In this document: piece by piece, positions 24,694 to 37,589 of the stretch | How the letters are laid out: each line of letters begins with the position of its first letter | How positions within the stretch are numbered: position 1 is the first letter of the stretch | Assembly: GCA_046563655.1 (NCBI GenBank) | Contig: CM102286.1 | Coordinates: 4,216,001-4,280,000 of the forward strand | Reading direction: 5' to 3' | DNA: 64,000 bases | From: Yuukianura sp. NJ FZ-2021 | Lineage: Eukaryota | Translations under genes and position numbers: made by a program | Notes under the pieces: generated by a model | The model's database searches: none | What the model saw: only the letters and a program-made list of their open reading frames with translations | Told to the model about the DNA's origin: nothing

Positions 24694-25638
24694 TTTATCC
24701 TTCAAAGCTGCTCGCGTATTTGCGATGTTAAAACTGACTTTACGAATTACGATTGGACAAATGTCGGTCTAAAAAACGCTCGCTGTTAGAGATCCTTTGT
24801 CCTTTATGCAACGCGTGCGTAACCCAAGAACTCAACCCGCCGGCCCGCCACGAACAAATCAAAAATATTAAATTGTGAGAATAAACAAACGGTCTCGCGT
24901 TTTCAGACAGACATTAGCATTGACCAAATCGAAGTGATCATGAAAAATTCGTACAAGTTTTACATCGCATGCGCATGTATGGATCAAAATTTTTTCACAT
25001 GAGATTGTTGATTATTGTTTAACAGTATGTATAACTGTGAGTTGCAACTTGCAAATGACAACTTGTATTGCATTGCATTTAAATTTGCCCAATTGAATGT
25101 ATAATTTATTTATGACCAGCATACTGCGCATGCTTGCTGGACGTTCGCCCAACGCCCGTTCCGGTTCAATCGTCCGTCCTAGAATTTGAAAACTTTATTG
25201 AACGAAGCGCTGCGTAGCACAATAGGAGAATAGGACTTGTTTGTGATTTTTACAGAAAAGAAATAAGAAGTGAAAGAAGACAGTTTATTTAAAATTTCAG
25301 TGTCTCGTCTCGTCCCATTAAGGAGACAGAAGTTTGAATGATGCCTTTGGCAAAACCCGCACAAATTCAAATCACAGAGCAAATACTGCGCCTCTCCTAA
25401 ACAGTTCCTTCCTTTACACTACACACTATAGGATATACCGATTCTTTATACTGTTGTAAAACAGAATTAAAATCACTTCGTTGAAACATTTTTGTTTCAA
25501 TTAACTTCGGTCGTTGGGTCGGTTCATCTCACCTTCGCTGCAAATTATTGTTAACTGTTTAACTTAATTTTCGTTTCATTAGATCGGAATAATCAGTTTC
25601 AGTTTTTGCAGTAACAGTAGAGAAAGAGACAGCTGAGG

Positions 25639-28255
25639 ATGGCTTCGCTTTCAAGGTAAGTTAAGAATAAGTCAAATGTAGTTAGTTTTATTTAGTATTT
25701 TATTTTTTTAAGCGGGCAAATAAGGGCGGACTACTGTTATCGTTATTTTTCTAGAATTCTTCCCGTACCAACCAACTATATTCGCGACAGAGAAGATGAG
25801 AAGCAATTGGAAAGAAAGTCCACAGCCGTTGTTGCTGTACATCGAGAATCGAAAGCACCACCATACGGAAAACGGAAAGGATGGATCCCAAGAAACGTAG
25901 AGGTACAATTACTTTTACATTAATTAAGAGTTTTTTTTTCTGTACTAACTGATAATGCGTTTGTATTTTAGGATTTCGGCGATGGGGGATCGTTTCCGGA
26001 AATTCCGGTTGCACAGTTTCCACTAGGAATGGGAAAACCAAACGCCGAAGGAAAGAAGACTACCTCAAACGCAGTTGCAGTCCAGCTGGACGCGGAAGGG
26101 AAAGTTAAGTACGATATCCTGGCGCGACAAGGTCACTCTAAGGATAAAGTCGTTTACTCCAAATACACTGACCTTCTTCCTAAGGAGATGAGCAGTGAGG
26201 ACGATCCAGTAAGACTTGATAAACGTTATGAGCCAAGAACCAGACCTTAGATGTTAATTATCGGAACTAAATTCTTATCAAAACGTTTTCAGGAACTTCA
26301 AAAACCAGACGAGGAAGCTATCAAAGAAATCACTGAAAAAACAAGACTGGCGCTTGAGAGGCTGACCCAAAGCAAAGTGCAGGCTGCCATGCCTGTAAGA
26401 TGTGCCGACAAAAAGGTAATCGGTTATCAAGTATTATTGGTTTCGTTGGTAGTTTAATTGTGTTGGTGTTGTTTCATTTGTCATTCCAGGCGGAGGCACA
26501 GTTTATCCGGTACACTCCTTCCCAGCAAGGTGCAAACTTTAATTCGGGAGCTCAACAGCGTGTTATTCGGCTAGTGGAAGTTCAAAAGGATCCAATGTCG
26601 CCGCCTCGCTTCAAGTAAGTTAGGGGCAACATTAAGCCAAGTTGCACAATGTGTGAGAACCTTCTAAGTTTACTATTTTTTTGCAGAATAAATACGAAGA
26701 TTCCAAGAGGACCCCCGTCTCCACCCGCTCCTGTATTGCATTCTCCAACTCGCAAGGTACTGTTCTGATAATTGCGTTAATCTTTGTTTAAAAATGATTT
26801 GCGTCGCTACGAGTTTTTTTCCAAACCAAAGGTTACCGCAAAAGAGCAAAAGGAATGGAAAATTCCGCCGTGTATATCTAACTGGAAGAACGCTAAGGGA
26901 TACACCATTCCTTTGGATAAGCGACTTGCTGCCGATGGGCGAGGACTTCAACAAGTGCATATCAACGAAAACTTTGCTAAGTTAGCTGAAGCCCTTTATA
27001 TTGCTGATAGAAAAGCAAGAGAAGCTGTAGAAATGAGAGCTCAGCTGGAAAAGAAATTGGCTCAAAAAGAGAAGGAGAAGAAGGAGGAGCATTTGAGACA
27101 GCTTGCTGCAAAAGCAAGAGAGGAACGAGCTGGAATTCGGTATCAAGCAAACGCAGGTAATTTTAATTTACCGTGTAACCAACAATCTCGTTCAATTATA
27201 GTTATATGGTTTCATTTCTATTTGATTGAGCAGATAAGGACGAGGATGCCAGAGAGAGGGAACAACTTCGACACGAAAGGCATAAGGAGAGACAACGAGA
27301 TCGAAATATTGCTCGCGCTGCTCCTGATAAACGGAATCGACTCGAACGTGAGCGGGAGAGAGACATCAGTGAGCAAATAGCCCTGGGACTTCCTGCTAAA
27401 ACGATCGGCGGTGGAGAAACACAATTTGACTCCAGATTATTCAATCAGTCTCGCGGAATGGACACCGGGTTTGGAGACGATGAAACATACAATGTTTATG
27501 ACAAGTAAGATTACGGTTACGGAAATACTTGGAACCAATTAAGTTTAAGTTTCGGTACTTCCTTACCTGAAGTCCCAGTCTGGACTGGCGGGACCTCGCA
27601 CAGACTGGGTGGAATGGCTCACCAACCAAGATTGCAGTGTTGCTGGATATCCACTTTTTGACGTGGATATCCAGTGGATAATACATTTCGTCCGGTTTTA
27701 TCTGGAGGAAATGGCTGGATAAAATGGATAGAAATGCATACTTCCGGATACTTCCACCTATTTTAATGTAGGTGGAAGAAATATTTTATCCATTCAGCAA
27801 CACTGCAATAATATCATCTTGAGGTGAAACCTCGCTACTATTGCCTGATCTTTTAGGCCATGGAGACAAGGAGGTGACTTGGCTCAGCAGTTGTACCGTC
27901 CGAAGAAGGGAGGTGACAATGATATCTATGGAGAAGATTTAGAAACTGCTATAAAGACAAACAGGTAACATTTAACTGAAGCAATCAAGACCATACAATT
28001 CTTAATCAAAATTTGTTTTTATTATATCAAAGATTTATCCCGGACAAGGAATTCAGTGGAACTTCGAGAACAGCAGGCTCATCTCGTTCAGGGCCAGTTC
28101 AATTTGAAGCCAACGCTCCAGAGGAAGAGGATCCATTTGGTTTGGATCAGTTCTTGCAACAAGCCAAGAAGTCCGGGAAAAGAGGAGCGGAAGAGAAAAG
28201 TGGTAAAAGTAGCTCTAGCAGCAGTAGCCACGATAAGAGACGTCGACGAGATTGA
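25639..28255 (+). CDS. SNW1: SNW domain-containing protein 1 (SKIP / Bx42 / Prp45 spliceosome factor), multi-exon
   Basis: DFGDGGSFPEIPVAQFPLGMG, QFIRYTPSQQG, IPRGPPSPPAPVLHSP, WKIPPCISNWKNAKGYTIPLDKRLAADGRGLQ, and GPVQFE...DPFGLDQFL. Confidence 0.97.
27635..27805. mobile_element. MITE-like insertion in a SNW1 intron
   Basis: Terminal inverted repeats CAGTGTTGCTG ... CAGCAACACTG (extendable to 15 bp with ATTG/CAAT) around ~150 bp rich in TGGATA/TATCCA motifs. This intron (~350 nt) is far longer than most other SNW1 introns. No clear TSD. Confidence 0.55.
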
Positions 28256-28779
28256 ATTGACCGAGCACTTTGTCTGCATTCCTTTCTTCCTATTGCCTTG
28301 TTTCATTTTTACTACACTTCACATTAGTGACGACGAAGAGGAATAACCACACTGTTTACTGAGAATCAAATGGTTTTAGTTTGTCCATAACTTAGATGCA
28401 GGGCCCCGTACGATTGATTAAGGATTACACAATTTCCATATAAACTAAACTGCTGATTTATTTCTAATTTCTGATGTCCATAGTTTAAACTAAAACGTTA
28501 TATTAAATTTTAAAGTCCAACATGTTGCATTGCATTGCAGGTATTGATTACCCTATTGACTTCATGCTTGGTAACTGTTAGTTAATTGCAGGAATTTGGC
28601 AATTTTCTAAAAAAAAAAAATACTTGGAGATTACTATGAATTGCCGATTAGTAATCGGCTAAATGAAAAGCGACAGACAGCAAACGAGTTTTAAGATTCA
28701 AGACTGAAATGTACGACAACGAAGGCTATGCCGAACGTGGTTATTTCCTGCTGCATTGATATTGTTAAACCTGTAAGGA

Positions 28780-30111
28780 TTACACAATTGAACACTGTTG
28801 ACCCAGGGCTGCGTTAGGCTGCATGAAGGCATCGGCTTCTTCTTCACCGACAAGTTCCTTAGGAGGAGGTCCTGCTGTTTGAACCTAATTAATCACAAGA
28901 AATCGAATTAATACAATTGCCATATTAATCCTAGGAGGTGATCTTTCTATGTAAAGAAAGACAAAATCAAATGAAACCTGACCTTGAGCATCAAGTCTGC
29001 GATTTGCTCAAATTGGTTCTGTTTTGTTTCTTCAGAGTCGTCAGGCTTTTCCTTCGCATATAACTCACAGATCTTTTTCATATTGTCGTACTGCGTGTTG
29101 TACTTGTCAAAGTCTGCTCCAGAAATCTTTTCACGGTTATCCGCTAGCCAGTCTGGATACTGAAAGAAAACATAATGTCACTCGAGACTTTGCTTTATTA
29201 GATGAAACATTTGAGTACTTTTGGCTTGGAATTTTACCCTATCAACGATATCCGAAAGTACTGGCTGTAGTAACTCCTTCGAAAGCAACTTCTGCATCAT
29301 GTTGGACATGAATGGAAGGAAATCATCCATGTCCTTTTCGCTCGGTTCTCCCATTCCAAGGGTTCCCATCAACTTTGACAGTTCATCATCATTGAAAGAC
29401 GTCGGATTTGTATTCTGCAAGTATTTTCATCAACAATGTGCGAGTACCACTACTATTTTCAACTCTATTCTTTATAAAAGCATCAGGCACTTACGTTCAG
29501 TAGTTCAGGATTCACTGCTAATCCCTTGATAGCTTCGTTAAGCGTGGCTTCGAGACTAGGATCGCTGGTACCTAGCAGTGCGGCCTTGGTAGCGGCTTCT
29601 ACGACTTTGTGGATGTCACTCGTCATAGAGGATGGTCCAGAAGCAGTAAAGGTCGAAGTTAAACCTGTTAAAAACAATAGGAATATCAGACACGACGATT
29701 TCCGCTGGGTAACTATCGTTTTACTTTGGACTTGGATGTTTGCGGCCCCAGCCTCCGCATATTCTCGCATCTTTCTCTCAAACTGCACAGTAGCTTCTTT
29801 AATAAATTCTTCAGACCAAACTTGACTCATATCTTCGACCTTCATAGCAGTGTCAGGAATCGATTCCTTCTGTCTAGGAGCTGGAAGTGGTTTATCAAAA
29901 TCGCTTAGTGCATCTGCAAAAAAAAATAGAACCATGCTTTAATCAAATGTAAACGCATCATCAATTTGAAATATTTCTAATGATTACCATTTAACAAAGC
30001 GTCCAATTCTTCGTCCCCAACAAGGTCCTGCGAATTGTTCCCAGCTTCGTCAATATTATTCTCGCTGCCAGTGTCACGAACACACTGCTTACTTCCGCCT
30101 TGTTCAGCCAT
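28780..30111 (-). CDS. PEX19: Peroxisomal biogenesis factor 19 (multi-exon)
   Basis: N-terminal DEELDALLNDALSDFDK, MSNMMQKLLSKELLQPVLSDIVDRYPDWLADN, QTAGPPPKELVGE, and a C-terminal CaaX box CSIV* (stop at 28780-28782). Confidence 0.93.
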
Positions 30112-30662
30112 TTTCAAAAATTAGTGACTTGGACTTCGCTTACAACCCGTGTTCGTCGATAGTCAATACAGTGCCCTATTGAATGTCACCGTTGTCCAAG
30201 AGGAAACGGCGAAATGCTGATTGATTTGTTTTAGAAAATTGTTCTGTTCAAACAACTTTCTGGCAACACGAAATCGGAAGCGGAACTCTAAAAAACGGTT
30301 CGCTCCGTGGAATTTGAACATAAGACCGTTACAAAAGACCGTGTAGAAGCATAGTGCAAAACAACAGCTGATGTGGGGAATGGGGATGACGAATACCAAA
30401 AGTCTCGTCGATATCGAGACACTTGTTTTGTCATTCTAATTTCTAAGTCTAATTGATTTGCTCTTCGTTAACGTGCTAATTATTCAGATTCAATCTACGT
30501 TTTTAAATAGGTGTTCGTTATCCCAATCAGTTGAAACCATCGTGGTCGCCTCATTCCTACGGTTTCCTTGTCTTGACGAATTTAATTTGCTCCATTGCTT
30601 CTGCGTGGCCTGACCTAGTAACTTAACCTCTTCCACCAATCAATCTACTCTCTGTTCCGGCA

Positions 30663-31123
30663 ATGGACTTGGGGCGTGTCAACAATGCAAGGAAACTGTA
30701 CTTATGTCGCTGGTATTTTTGGGGTAATGTTTAACAGCATATCGCATAAGCCAAATGTTTAATTTTTGGAGGTGTCGTCAAATAAACGGTTTGTTTGTAC
30801 GACAGGTGGATTTTGTCTGCTTCCATTTCTGTGGGCAATCAATGCTGTTTGGTTCTTCAGAGAAGCATTCCTGAAGCCACCTTACGAAGAACAAAAACAG
30901 ATCAAAAGATGTAAGAAAGCAGCCGTAATTTTTAGTTGAATTCTTTTTGGAAAACACACAGTGAACAAATTCTTATGCTGTAGATGTGATTCATTCTGGA
31001 GTAGGCGCAATCGTGTTCCTTGTCGGTCTCATTGCTTGGATTACAGTGTTTCAATTAAATCGTGCTGGTTGGGGTGAAACTGGAGACTACCTGTCTTTTG
31101 TCATTCCCGTTGGTCGAGCCTAG
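30663..31123 (+). CDS. PSENEN: Gamma-secretase subunit PEN-2 (3 exons; missed by the ORF track)
   Basis: Spliced translation [63 protein letters not shown]...WITVFQLNRAGWGETGDYLSFVIPVGRA*, including the conserved DYLSF motif. Confidence 0.96.
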
Positions 31124-31585
31124 ACGTTTTTCGTGTCATCCTTAACAATCGCTCCGAACACCAATACTGTCCATCTTGTTAACCGTTCTTGTAAAATCAC
31201 AGTTAATTTTTTTAATTTATTAATTATAAATGGAGATTAATAAACGTTAATTTGAACTTTGTCATCCTTGTCGCAGGGGCATTGTAAGTCTTCATCCATC
31301 CAAGACCGGGGAAAATCAAATTTGTCCGTGTTTACATTTATTGCCGCAACAGAACCAGGGTCACCGATTATTTCTAAACTTACACATTGACTGATGGTAG
31401 TGTGAATGTGAATCAACCAATAGCGTAAGTAGGTTTAGTTTATTAGATAATTCCTTGGGAGTTCAGCACCAACCACTACCACACTACCCATACGTAAGTT
31501 TCATCGTATCCACTTTCAACATTATAGACGAAGTACTGAAATAGCTTTGTTTCTTTCCAGTTACCATCCAAAGAATCTCTCCTCG

Positions 31586-32297
31586 ATGAAATTTCCAGAA
31601 GGCTTTCAAATTGTCGGAGAAGTTCTAACGTTAATCCCATACAAACCATCGCATGTTCCCAAGTATCATGCTTGGATGGGGGATGAAGACATTTTGCGTC
31701 TCACCGGAAGTGATAGACTGTCACTCGAAGAGGAGTACGAAATGCAGCAAGAGTGGGAGCGCGATGACCAAAGTTTGTAACATACAATTTGTTTTCTGAA
31801 GTAACTTTGTGCCAGTACAACAATTTACAACAAATCCTGATGCTACTATTTAAATTCCTTTCTAGAATGTACTTTTATCATTTTGGACAATGAGAAATTC
31901 GCTTCATCCGGAGAAGACGAATTGTCGGCCATTGTTGGCGACACAAACTTATTTTTCCAAGATGAGTCATCTGCCGAAATAGAAGTTATGATTGCTGAAA
32001 AATGGGCACGGCGTCGAGGATTAGCGCGAGAAGCATTGCAGTTAATGATGAAATACGGTAAGCCTATACCTATTTTGAATTCAAAACGCACTTCTTCCTG
32101 TCCAGCCCAAATTTAGTTACTAATTACTTCAAAAACGTTTTGTAGGCAAAGAAAACCTGGGGAAAACTAAATTCATTGCGAAAATCAAACAAGACAATTT
32201 GCCAAGTATTGAGATGTTTACCAAATTAGGCTTTGAAAAAGTTTCCGAATCCAAAGTCTTTAATGAATTTACATTTCAGTTAAATCTCATAAAGTAA
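31586..32297 (+). CDS. NAT9: N-acetyltransferase 9-like GNAT (3 exons)
   Basis: LIPYKPSHVPKYHAWM...[32 protein letters not shown]...IVGDTNLF...AEIEVMIAEKWARRRGLAREAL...FIAKIKQDNLPSIEMFTKLGFEKVSESKVFNEFTF. Confidence 0.93.
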
Positions 32298-32886
32298 GTT
32301 TCAGTTGGATGGTAAGATAAACGCTTAAAACAGTTTATAAATATTTTTCACAACATTACTGATTCTTGTGCTTTGGCTTCGCAAAATACTATCACAGACA
32401 ACGCTTACTTTGCATAACAGTAAACCCCTACAAATACAAAAGGGACTCTAATAATTTTCTAAAGACGAAGCCAGAGAGATTGGTCTTTGTACACACAGAA
32501 ACATGCACTTGAAATCTAACAGATATTTCGGTAATTGAGGAGAGATTATACTCAGAAAAAAATTCATGTTTGAGCAAAATTGTTAGTAATGCTTCAAATG
32601 GCGGGGAATTGTCTGGATCTGGAATTCTGGAAAAGGTAGTCTTGAATATGTAGTAGTCAAAGTCATGCTCCGGCTTGTTTTCCATTCCAAGCTTGTGTCC
32701 CTCCAAATAAGCCTACTTTTAGAAGTCTTCCATTTTCATCACTTAAACCATAGAAGTCTTCCAGCATAACTATATTAAGCTCCTTAGGAAAGTACATCCA
32801 GTGACGGTTTCATTCTTATCCAGTTGCAATCAAATATACCAGAATTTAATAAAAGTTCATTTCCGCTTGGATTCAGTTATAAAAAT

Positions 32887-35800
32887 TTAGTATCTTCCGT
32901 TTCTTTGTCTTCGCTCCTGAAATACACGCTTCACCTCGTGTATTACGAGACGAATTAAGAACTGCAATTGAAATACGACAAGTTTAAAGTCAATTCGTTG
33001 AGCTTTTGTAAGAAATAACACTGACAACTGAAGAATATTAACTTACAATTAATGCTAAAACGTCACTGATCATCAACATGTAAAAAACGTATTGCCATCC
33101 GAAGGCAGACAATGGTCCAGCTAACAGCGGTCCAACAGCAGCGCCTGAAATGAATTGGCATTGGCAATGCAAAATTTCTAGGTTCATATTATTCATTACT
33201 GCTTTAAGATGGCGCTTACCAATAGACCCAGTGCCATCAATAATTGCTACGACTGTTGCTAAGGCACGAGCGTTTCCCATCAAGCAAGGATGCGTTCCAA
33301 GCTCAGTGGAAATGGAAGTGGTAATGAGGCAATAGGGACCTGTTTTAGTAACAATGTTTTATTAAGTAATTAAAACTATAACAAGAATTGAAAACCTAAT
33401 ATGCATCAACTGTGCAACTTACCGTTGACTAGTAAGCCGACAATTACCAGTAGTACCATATTGGCCCATAATGACTCCGCCCCATAGCTCTGGTAAACTA
33501 ACATCTATTCGAGTATAAGAAAATGATTGAATGAACATTGAAACTCAAGATTATTCACATTATTAAGTATCGTCAGATACTTATAGGGATCGTAATGTCC
33601 GTCTGTCCGTCTGTCTGTCCGTCTGTCCGTCTGTCTGTCCGTCCGTCTGTATACTAGCTACAATATCTCTGGAACCGCTGGACCGATTTTCAATCTGTTT
33701 TTACAGATGAACTTGACATTGTCCAGGGATGATTAATCGGTGTCCAGCTTGACCGGAAGTTGTCCAGGTTCGGGTCAAAGGTCAAGGTCAAATACATTTT
33801 TGACGGAAATCGGGAAAGTCACCCTTATAAAAGTTGTCAGTCTCATCGAGACGAACAACTTTTGTATAGGTGACCTTGACCTCTGACCCGGGGCTCTGGA
33901 GATACAGGCCTTAGAAGTTGCATTATGGCGTGGCTCATGCAATTCGCGTCTATAACTCCAGAACCACTGGACCGATTTTCAATCTGTCTTCGCAGTTGCG
34001 GTTCACATGTACCTGGGGTGTATAAACAGTGTTCAGCTTGACCGGAAGTTGTCCAGGTCCGGGCCAAAGGTCAAGGTCAAGTACTCTATTGACGGATATC
34101 GAAAAAATGACCTCTACAAAAGTTGTGTATCTCATTGTGCTGAACAACTTTTGTAAAGATGACCTTGAGCTTTGATCTACGTTTCCAGAGATACAGACGA
34201 TGGAAGTTGCAAAATGGCGTCCCTCGTCCTAGTCGGGGAAGCATGACCTACTTTATGTTTTCTTCCGAGTCTGGCTGTCTGTCTGTCTGTCCCGTCTGCC
34301 TGTCTGCACAATAATGTCAAAGGTCACGCTCACGGTTATGCTTTCTTTACAATACGGAAACGGATGGACCGACGCGGAAATGGTTTCCGGGGATGGATGT
34401 TTGACGACGCGAGGACTAAAATTCCGAATGTTCTTTGACCTCAAGTGACCTCTAACCATATCAGAGGTCTAGTCACCAATATCCTGCGCGGGAACTTTCT
34501 ATAACTGATCTGACGATACTTATTTACATCGTCTTTGCAAGAAGTTTATTATTCTGAAGTGTTTACATAGCAAGAGTAAATATTTGCTTACCATTGGAAT
34601 GGCTATACCCAGCATTCCAGCACAACAGGAAGCATTCATTCCGGATATGTCTGAAATTGCCCCCGCAATAGTGCCACCAAAAATTCCACCAAAATCAAAC
34701 ATCGTCGATAAATTAGCAGCTTGTTGAGCCGAGAAATTGGCTAATAAAACATAAATCATAAATCAAATATAACAATTGCACTGAACACAACATTTAATAG
34801 ATATAACTTACTACCTCCTTATGTAAAAATACTGCATTTCAAAACCCCACCCTTATACTTACTTGAATTTTGAATGTATCTTGGTAACCAGTAAAGGAAT
34901 GTGTAGCTGACAAGCTTGGCGAAGAAAAGGCACAATGAATATTCAATCACGCCCTATAAGAATTCACATGTCAGTAAAACTTCACTTTCCGAGATACCAA
35001 AATTGAAGATTCGAAGTATAACTTACCGGAATTTTTAAAGCTGCGAAGAATCCTACCGCTTTGATTTTGATTTCCTCGGGCGGAGAAACGATTTCACCCA
35101 AGTGTGAAGTATCGTACGGAAGGTAGGAACTAATTAGCGGCGTGTCGTCAGTTATGTGGTAGTTAGACTGAGAAAAGGTTTTCGACAAAGCTTTTTTATA
35201 CGTTAAGAATATTTGTACTGGTAGTCTCGTATTTTTAGGTGACTAACCTCGGACGAGTCATCTAAGTCCTCACTATCACTGTTGAATCCTGATGTACCGT
35301 GAGAATTTTGGCGGCGAGGTGATGGAACGGAACGGACATCTCTCGCAGACGGCATTGACTGATATGTTCTCCTACTTGACTACGAAAACAAAGTACAATA
35401 TGATATTACTAAATATCAGTAACGCTCGTTTTCGACGTAATTCTGCCGAATATGAAACTGTCGAACCTGCGGTACTGGTTCATTGGATTTTCCATCGTAG
35501 TCAGGAACTGTACATCCGACGTGCTGTGGCTTGGGTACAAGGAATAGGAATACAAAGAACCCTGCTAATCCGATCACCACTCCGGGAACCATGAAGGAGA
35601 GTCCCCAGTTGTACTCCACAAAGGCTCCAGCAATTACAGATCCAAGTATGTTTCCCAATGACGTATGAGAATTCCATAATCCGAAAATCGTTCCTCGTTT
35701 CCCTTTGCCAAACCAATTCGCTACCACCGTCACAACTCCGGGCCACCCTGTTGTCTGAAATAAGCCTGCCATCACCTGAAATGGATTGAAAAATATTTTT

Positions 35801-36621
35801 AGTTCGTCATCTTCCCTGAACCAATCAAGCAAATAATGGTTTGGCGAATAAGTGTAATGCTAACCTGGGCAAATATGAAAAATCCAAGGTTATGAATATT
35901 TTGAAAGTAGCCTAAGCCGAATAGATAAGTGAAGAACCCGGACATGAGCATTCCAAGCGCCAAGAAATAACGCAGATTCACCCTTTCAGCGACGAATCCA
36001 CTACAATACAGACAAAAGAAGAATTAGCAACGAGTTATGTCGAACTGAAGAACTCTGGCAAGGTTCACTTCAAATTTACCTGAAAAACATTCCAATTGCA
36101 TAGGCAAATAAGAATGAAAAGTCCAGTGTTCCAAGTAATGTCTCCGAGTCATCCCCATCTACAGGAAAACACGAAATGAGAAAACGAGGATTAAAAAGAT
36201 GAATAATCAACAATATCAATTATCAAAGCAAAACTAAAGTCTTACCAAAGGGTGCCCAGTTACACCAATTACTTCCCTTGTCTTCCATTCCTGGTGGAGG
36301 TATCAGAGTTGAGCAATTTCGATTTAGGACATTCTTCACAATACTAATGGGTTTCCGTGTCATATGATAGCATGTGTAACTAATAAAGGTGATGAACAGC
36401 ACGGAAAATCGGTACCTGAAATCAACCGTATTAGTTAGTAACGTCAAAATGTTCTTTGCAATTGATGACAACAACATTTTCACCTAATCTTCATTTCAAT
36501 CTTACCAAAAATCTCGTGATGCTTGAGACGGTTTGATAGAACACCAGTCTGAAATCTTCCGAATCAGTCGTACACCCCATGCAATGTCCCGGCGGGTTCG
36601 CATCACTGTGGCCCCTGCCAT
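32887..36621 (-). CDS. SLC37A2: SLC37 family sugar-phosphate/Pi exchanger (SLC37A2-like MFS transporter), multi-exon
   Basis: YTCYHMTRKPISIVKNVL, QTTGWPGVVTVVANWFGKGKRGTIFGLWNSHTSLGNILGS, FFAKLVSYTFLYWLP, NGPYCLITTSISTELGTHP, ALATVVAIIDGTGSIGAAVGPLLAG. The start could be 36621 or 36792. Confidence 0.93.
33564..34522. mobile_element. Non-autonomous HINE/DINE-1-like or MITE element with GTCY microsatellites and a duplicated ~290-bp core, in an SLC37A intron
   Basis: Terminal inverted repeats TAAGTATCGTCAGAT / ATCTGACGATACTTA. (GTCC/GTCT)n tracts at ~33597-33650 and ~34270-34305. Two diverged tandem core copies (~33660-33945 and ~33950-34230) share GAACC.CTGGACCGATTTTCAATCTG and CAGCTTGACCGGAAGTTGTCCAGGT. 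Confidence 0.75.
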
Positions 36622-36858
36622 TCTGACAATGACAGAAGGAGACCTTGACCTCGGCACTTCTGGTTGCTGACTTTGATTATAAAAGTTGTATGGACCGTCT
36701 CCTGAAATATCGTTGTTGACAGACCCAGCGGAAGACACTGACGAATTCACCTCCGCGTTTGCGGTTCTATAAGGTCCACGATTTCTCTGCATTGTGTTTT
36801 GTTTAAGAGTTGTATTGTTCCATTTATCAGTTGGTGATTAAAATGCCCTTAACACTTA

Positions 36859-37589
36859 GGGTGCACGCCATTGCATCAATTGAATTGTGTCAACGACAAT
36901 TGTATCAATTGAATTGTATCAATTTGAATTGCATCAACGGCTAATTGTATCAACGAGCCAATTGTATCAACTGGAGAATTGTGTCAACTGGCGAATTGTA
37001 TCAACTATGAAATTGTATCAACTGGGCAATTGTATCAACTGGGAAATTGTGTCAACGGGTAAATCATGCTTCAAATTTTTATTTAGTAAAACAGACGCCA
37101 TTAATTTTTTTTTTCTAGTCAACTAACTTAATACTCAAACTTTGTTCTATAAAAGAAAACTATGTTTAATTTGGTTTTTTTTTGGTTAGGTTTCTAATAT
37201 TAAGGTAAAGATTTTTAGGTTACAATTTAGTTTTGATTTAGTTTCAGTGCTTTCAAGTGGTTGAGGTATTAGACTGTGCTAATGCAGCGTAAAATTTTTG
37301 TTTTATTTTATAGAAAAATGTTTGAGTTTGACCAGAAGAAAAATTAATGAAGTCTGTTTTACTAAATAAAAATTTGAAGCATAATTTACCCGTTGACACA
37401 ATTTCCCAGTTGATACAATTGCCCAGTTGATACAATTTCATAGTTGATACAATTCGCCAGTTGACACAATTCTCCTGTTGATACAATTGGCTCGTTGATA
37501 CAATTAGCCGTTGATGCAATTCAAATTGATACAATTCAATTGCTACAATTGTCGTTGACACAATTCAGTTGATGCAATGGCATGGAACC
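36859..37589. mobile_element. Foldback-type non-autonomous DNA transposon with long modular inverted arms
   Basis: Roughly 290-bp inverted arms built partly from ~18-bp AATTGTATCAAC-type subrepeats flank an AT-rich spacer. Direct repeat AACACTTA(G) at 36851-36858 and 37590-37597 is consistent with an 8-9 bp target-site duplication. Confidence 0.88.

Noticed and set aside
28419..28789. 16-bp direct repeat TAAGGATTACACAATT at 28419 and 28774, the latter spanning the PEX19 stop
   Set aside because: Short and AT-rich with no element features between the copies; may be chance or a small local duplication.
36870..37060. Short regularly spaced repeats superficially like a CRISPR array
   Set aside because: Units are ~18 bp with only a few variable bases, there are no unique spacers or cas genes, the context is eukaryotic, and they are mirrored in the other arm.
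36887..37561. Two near-identical ORFs (MSTTIV.IELYQFELHQRL...) on opposite strands
   Set aside because: They are artefacts of the inverted arms of the foldback element, not genes.
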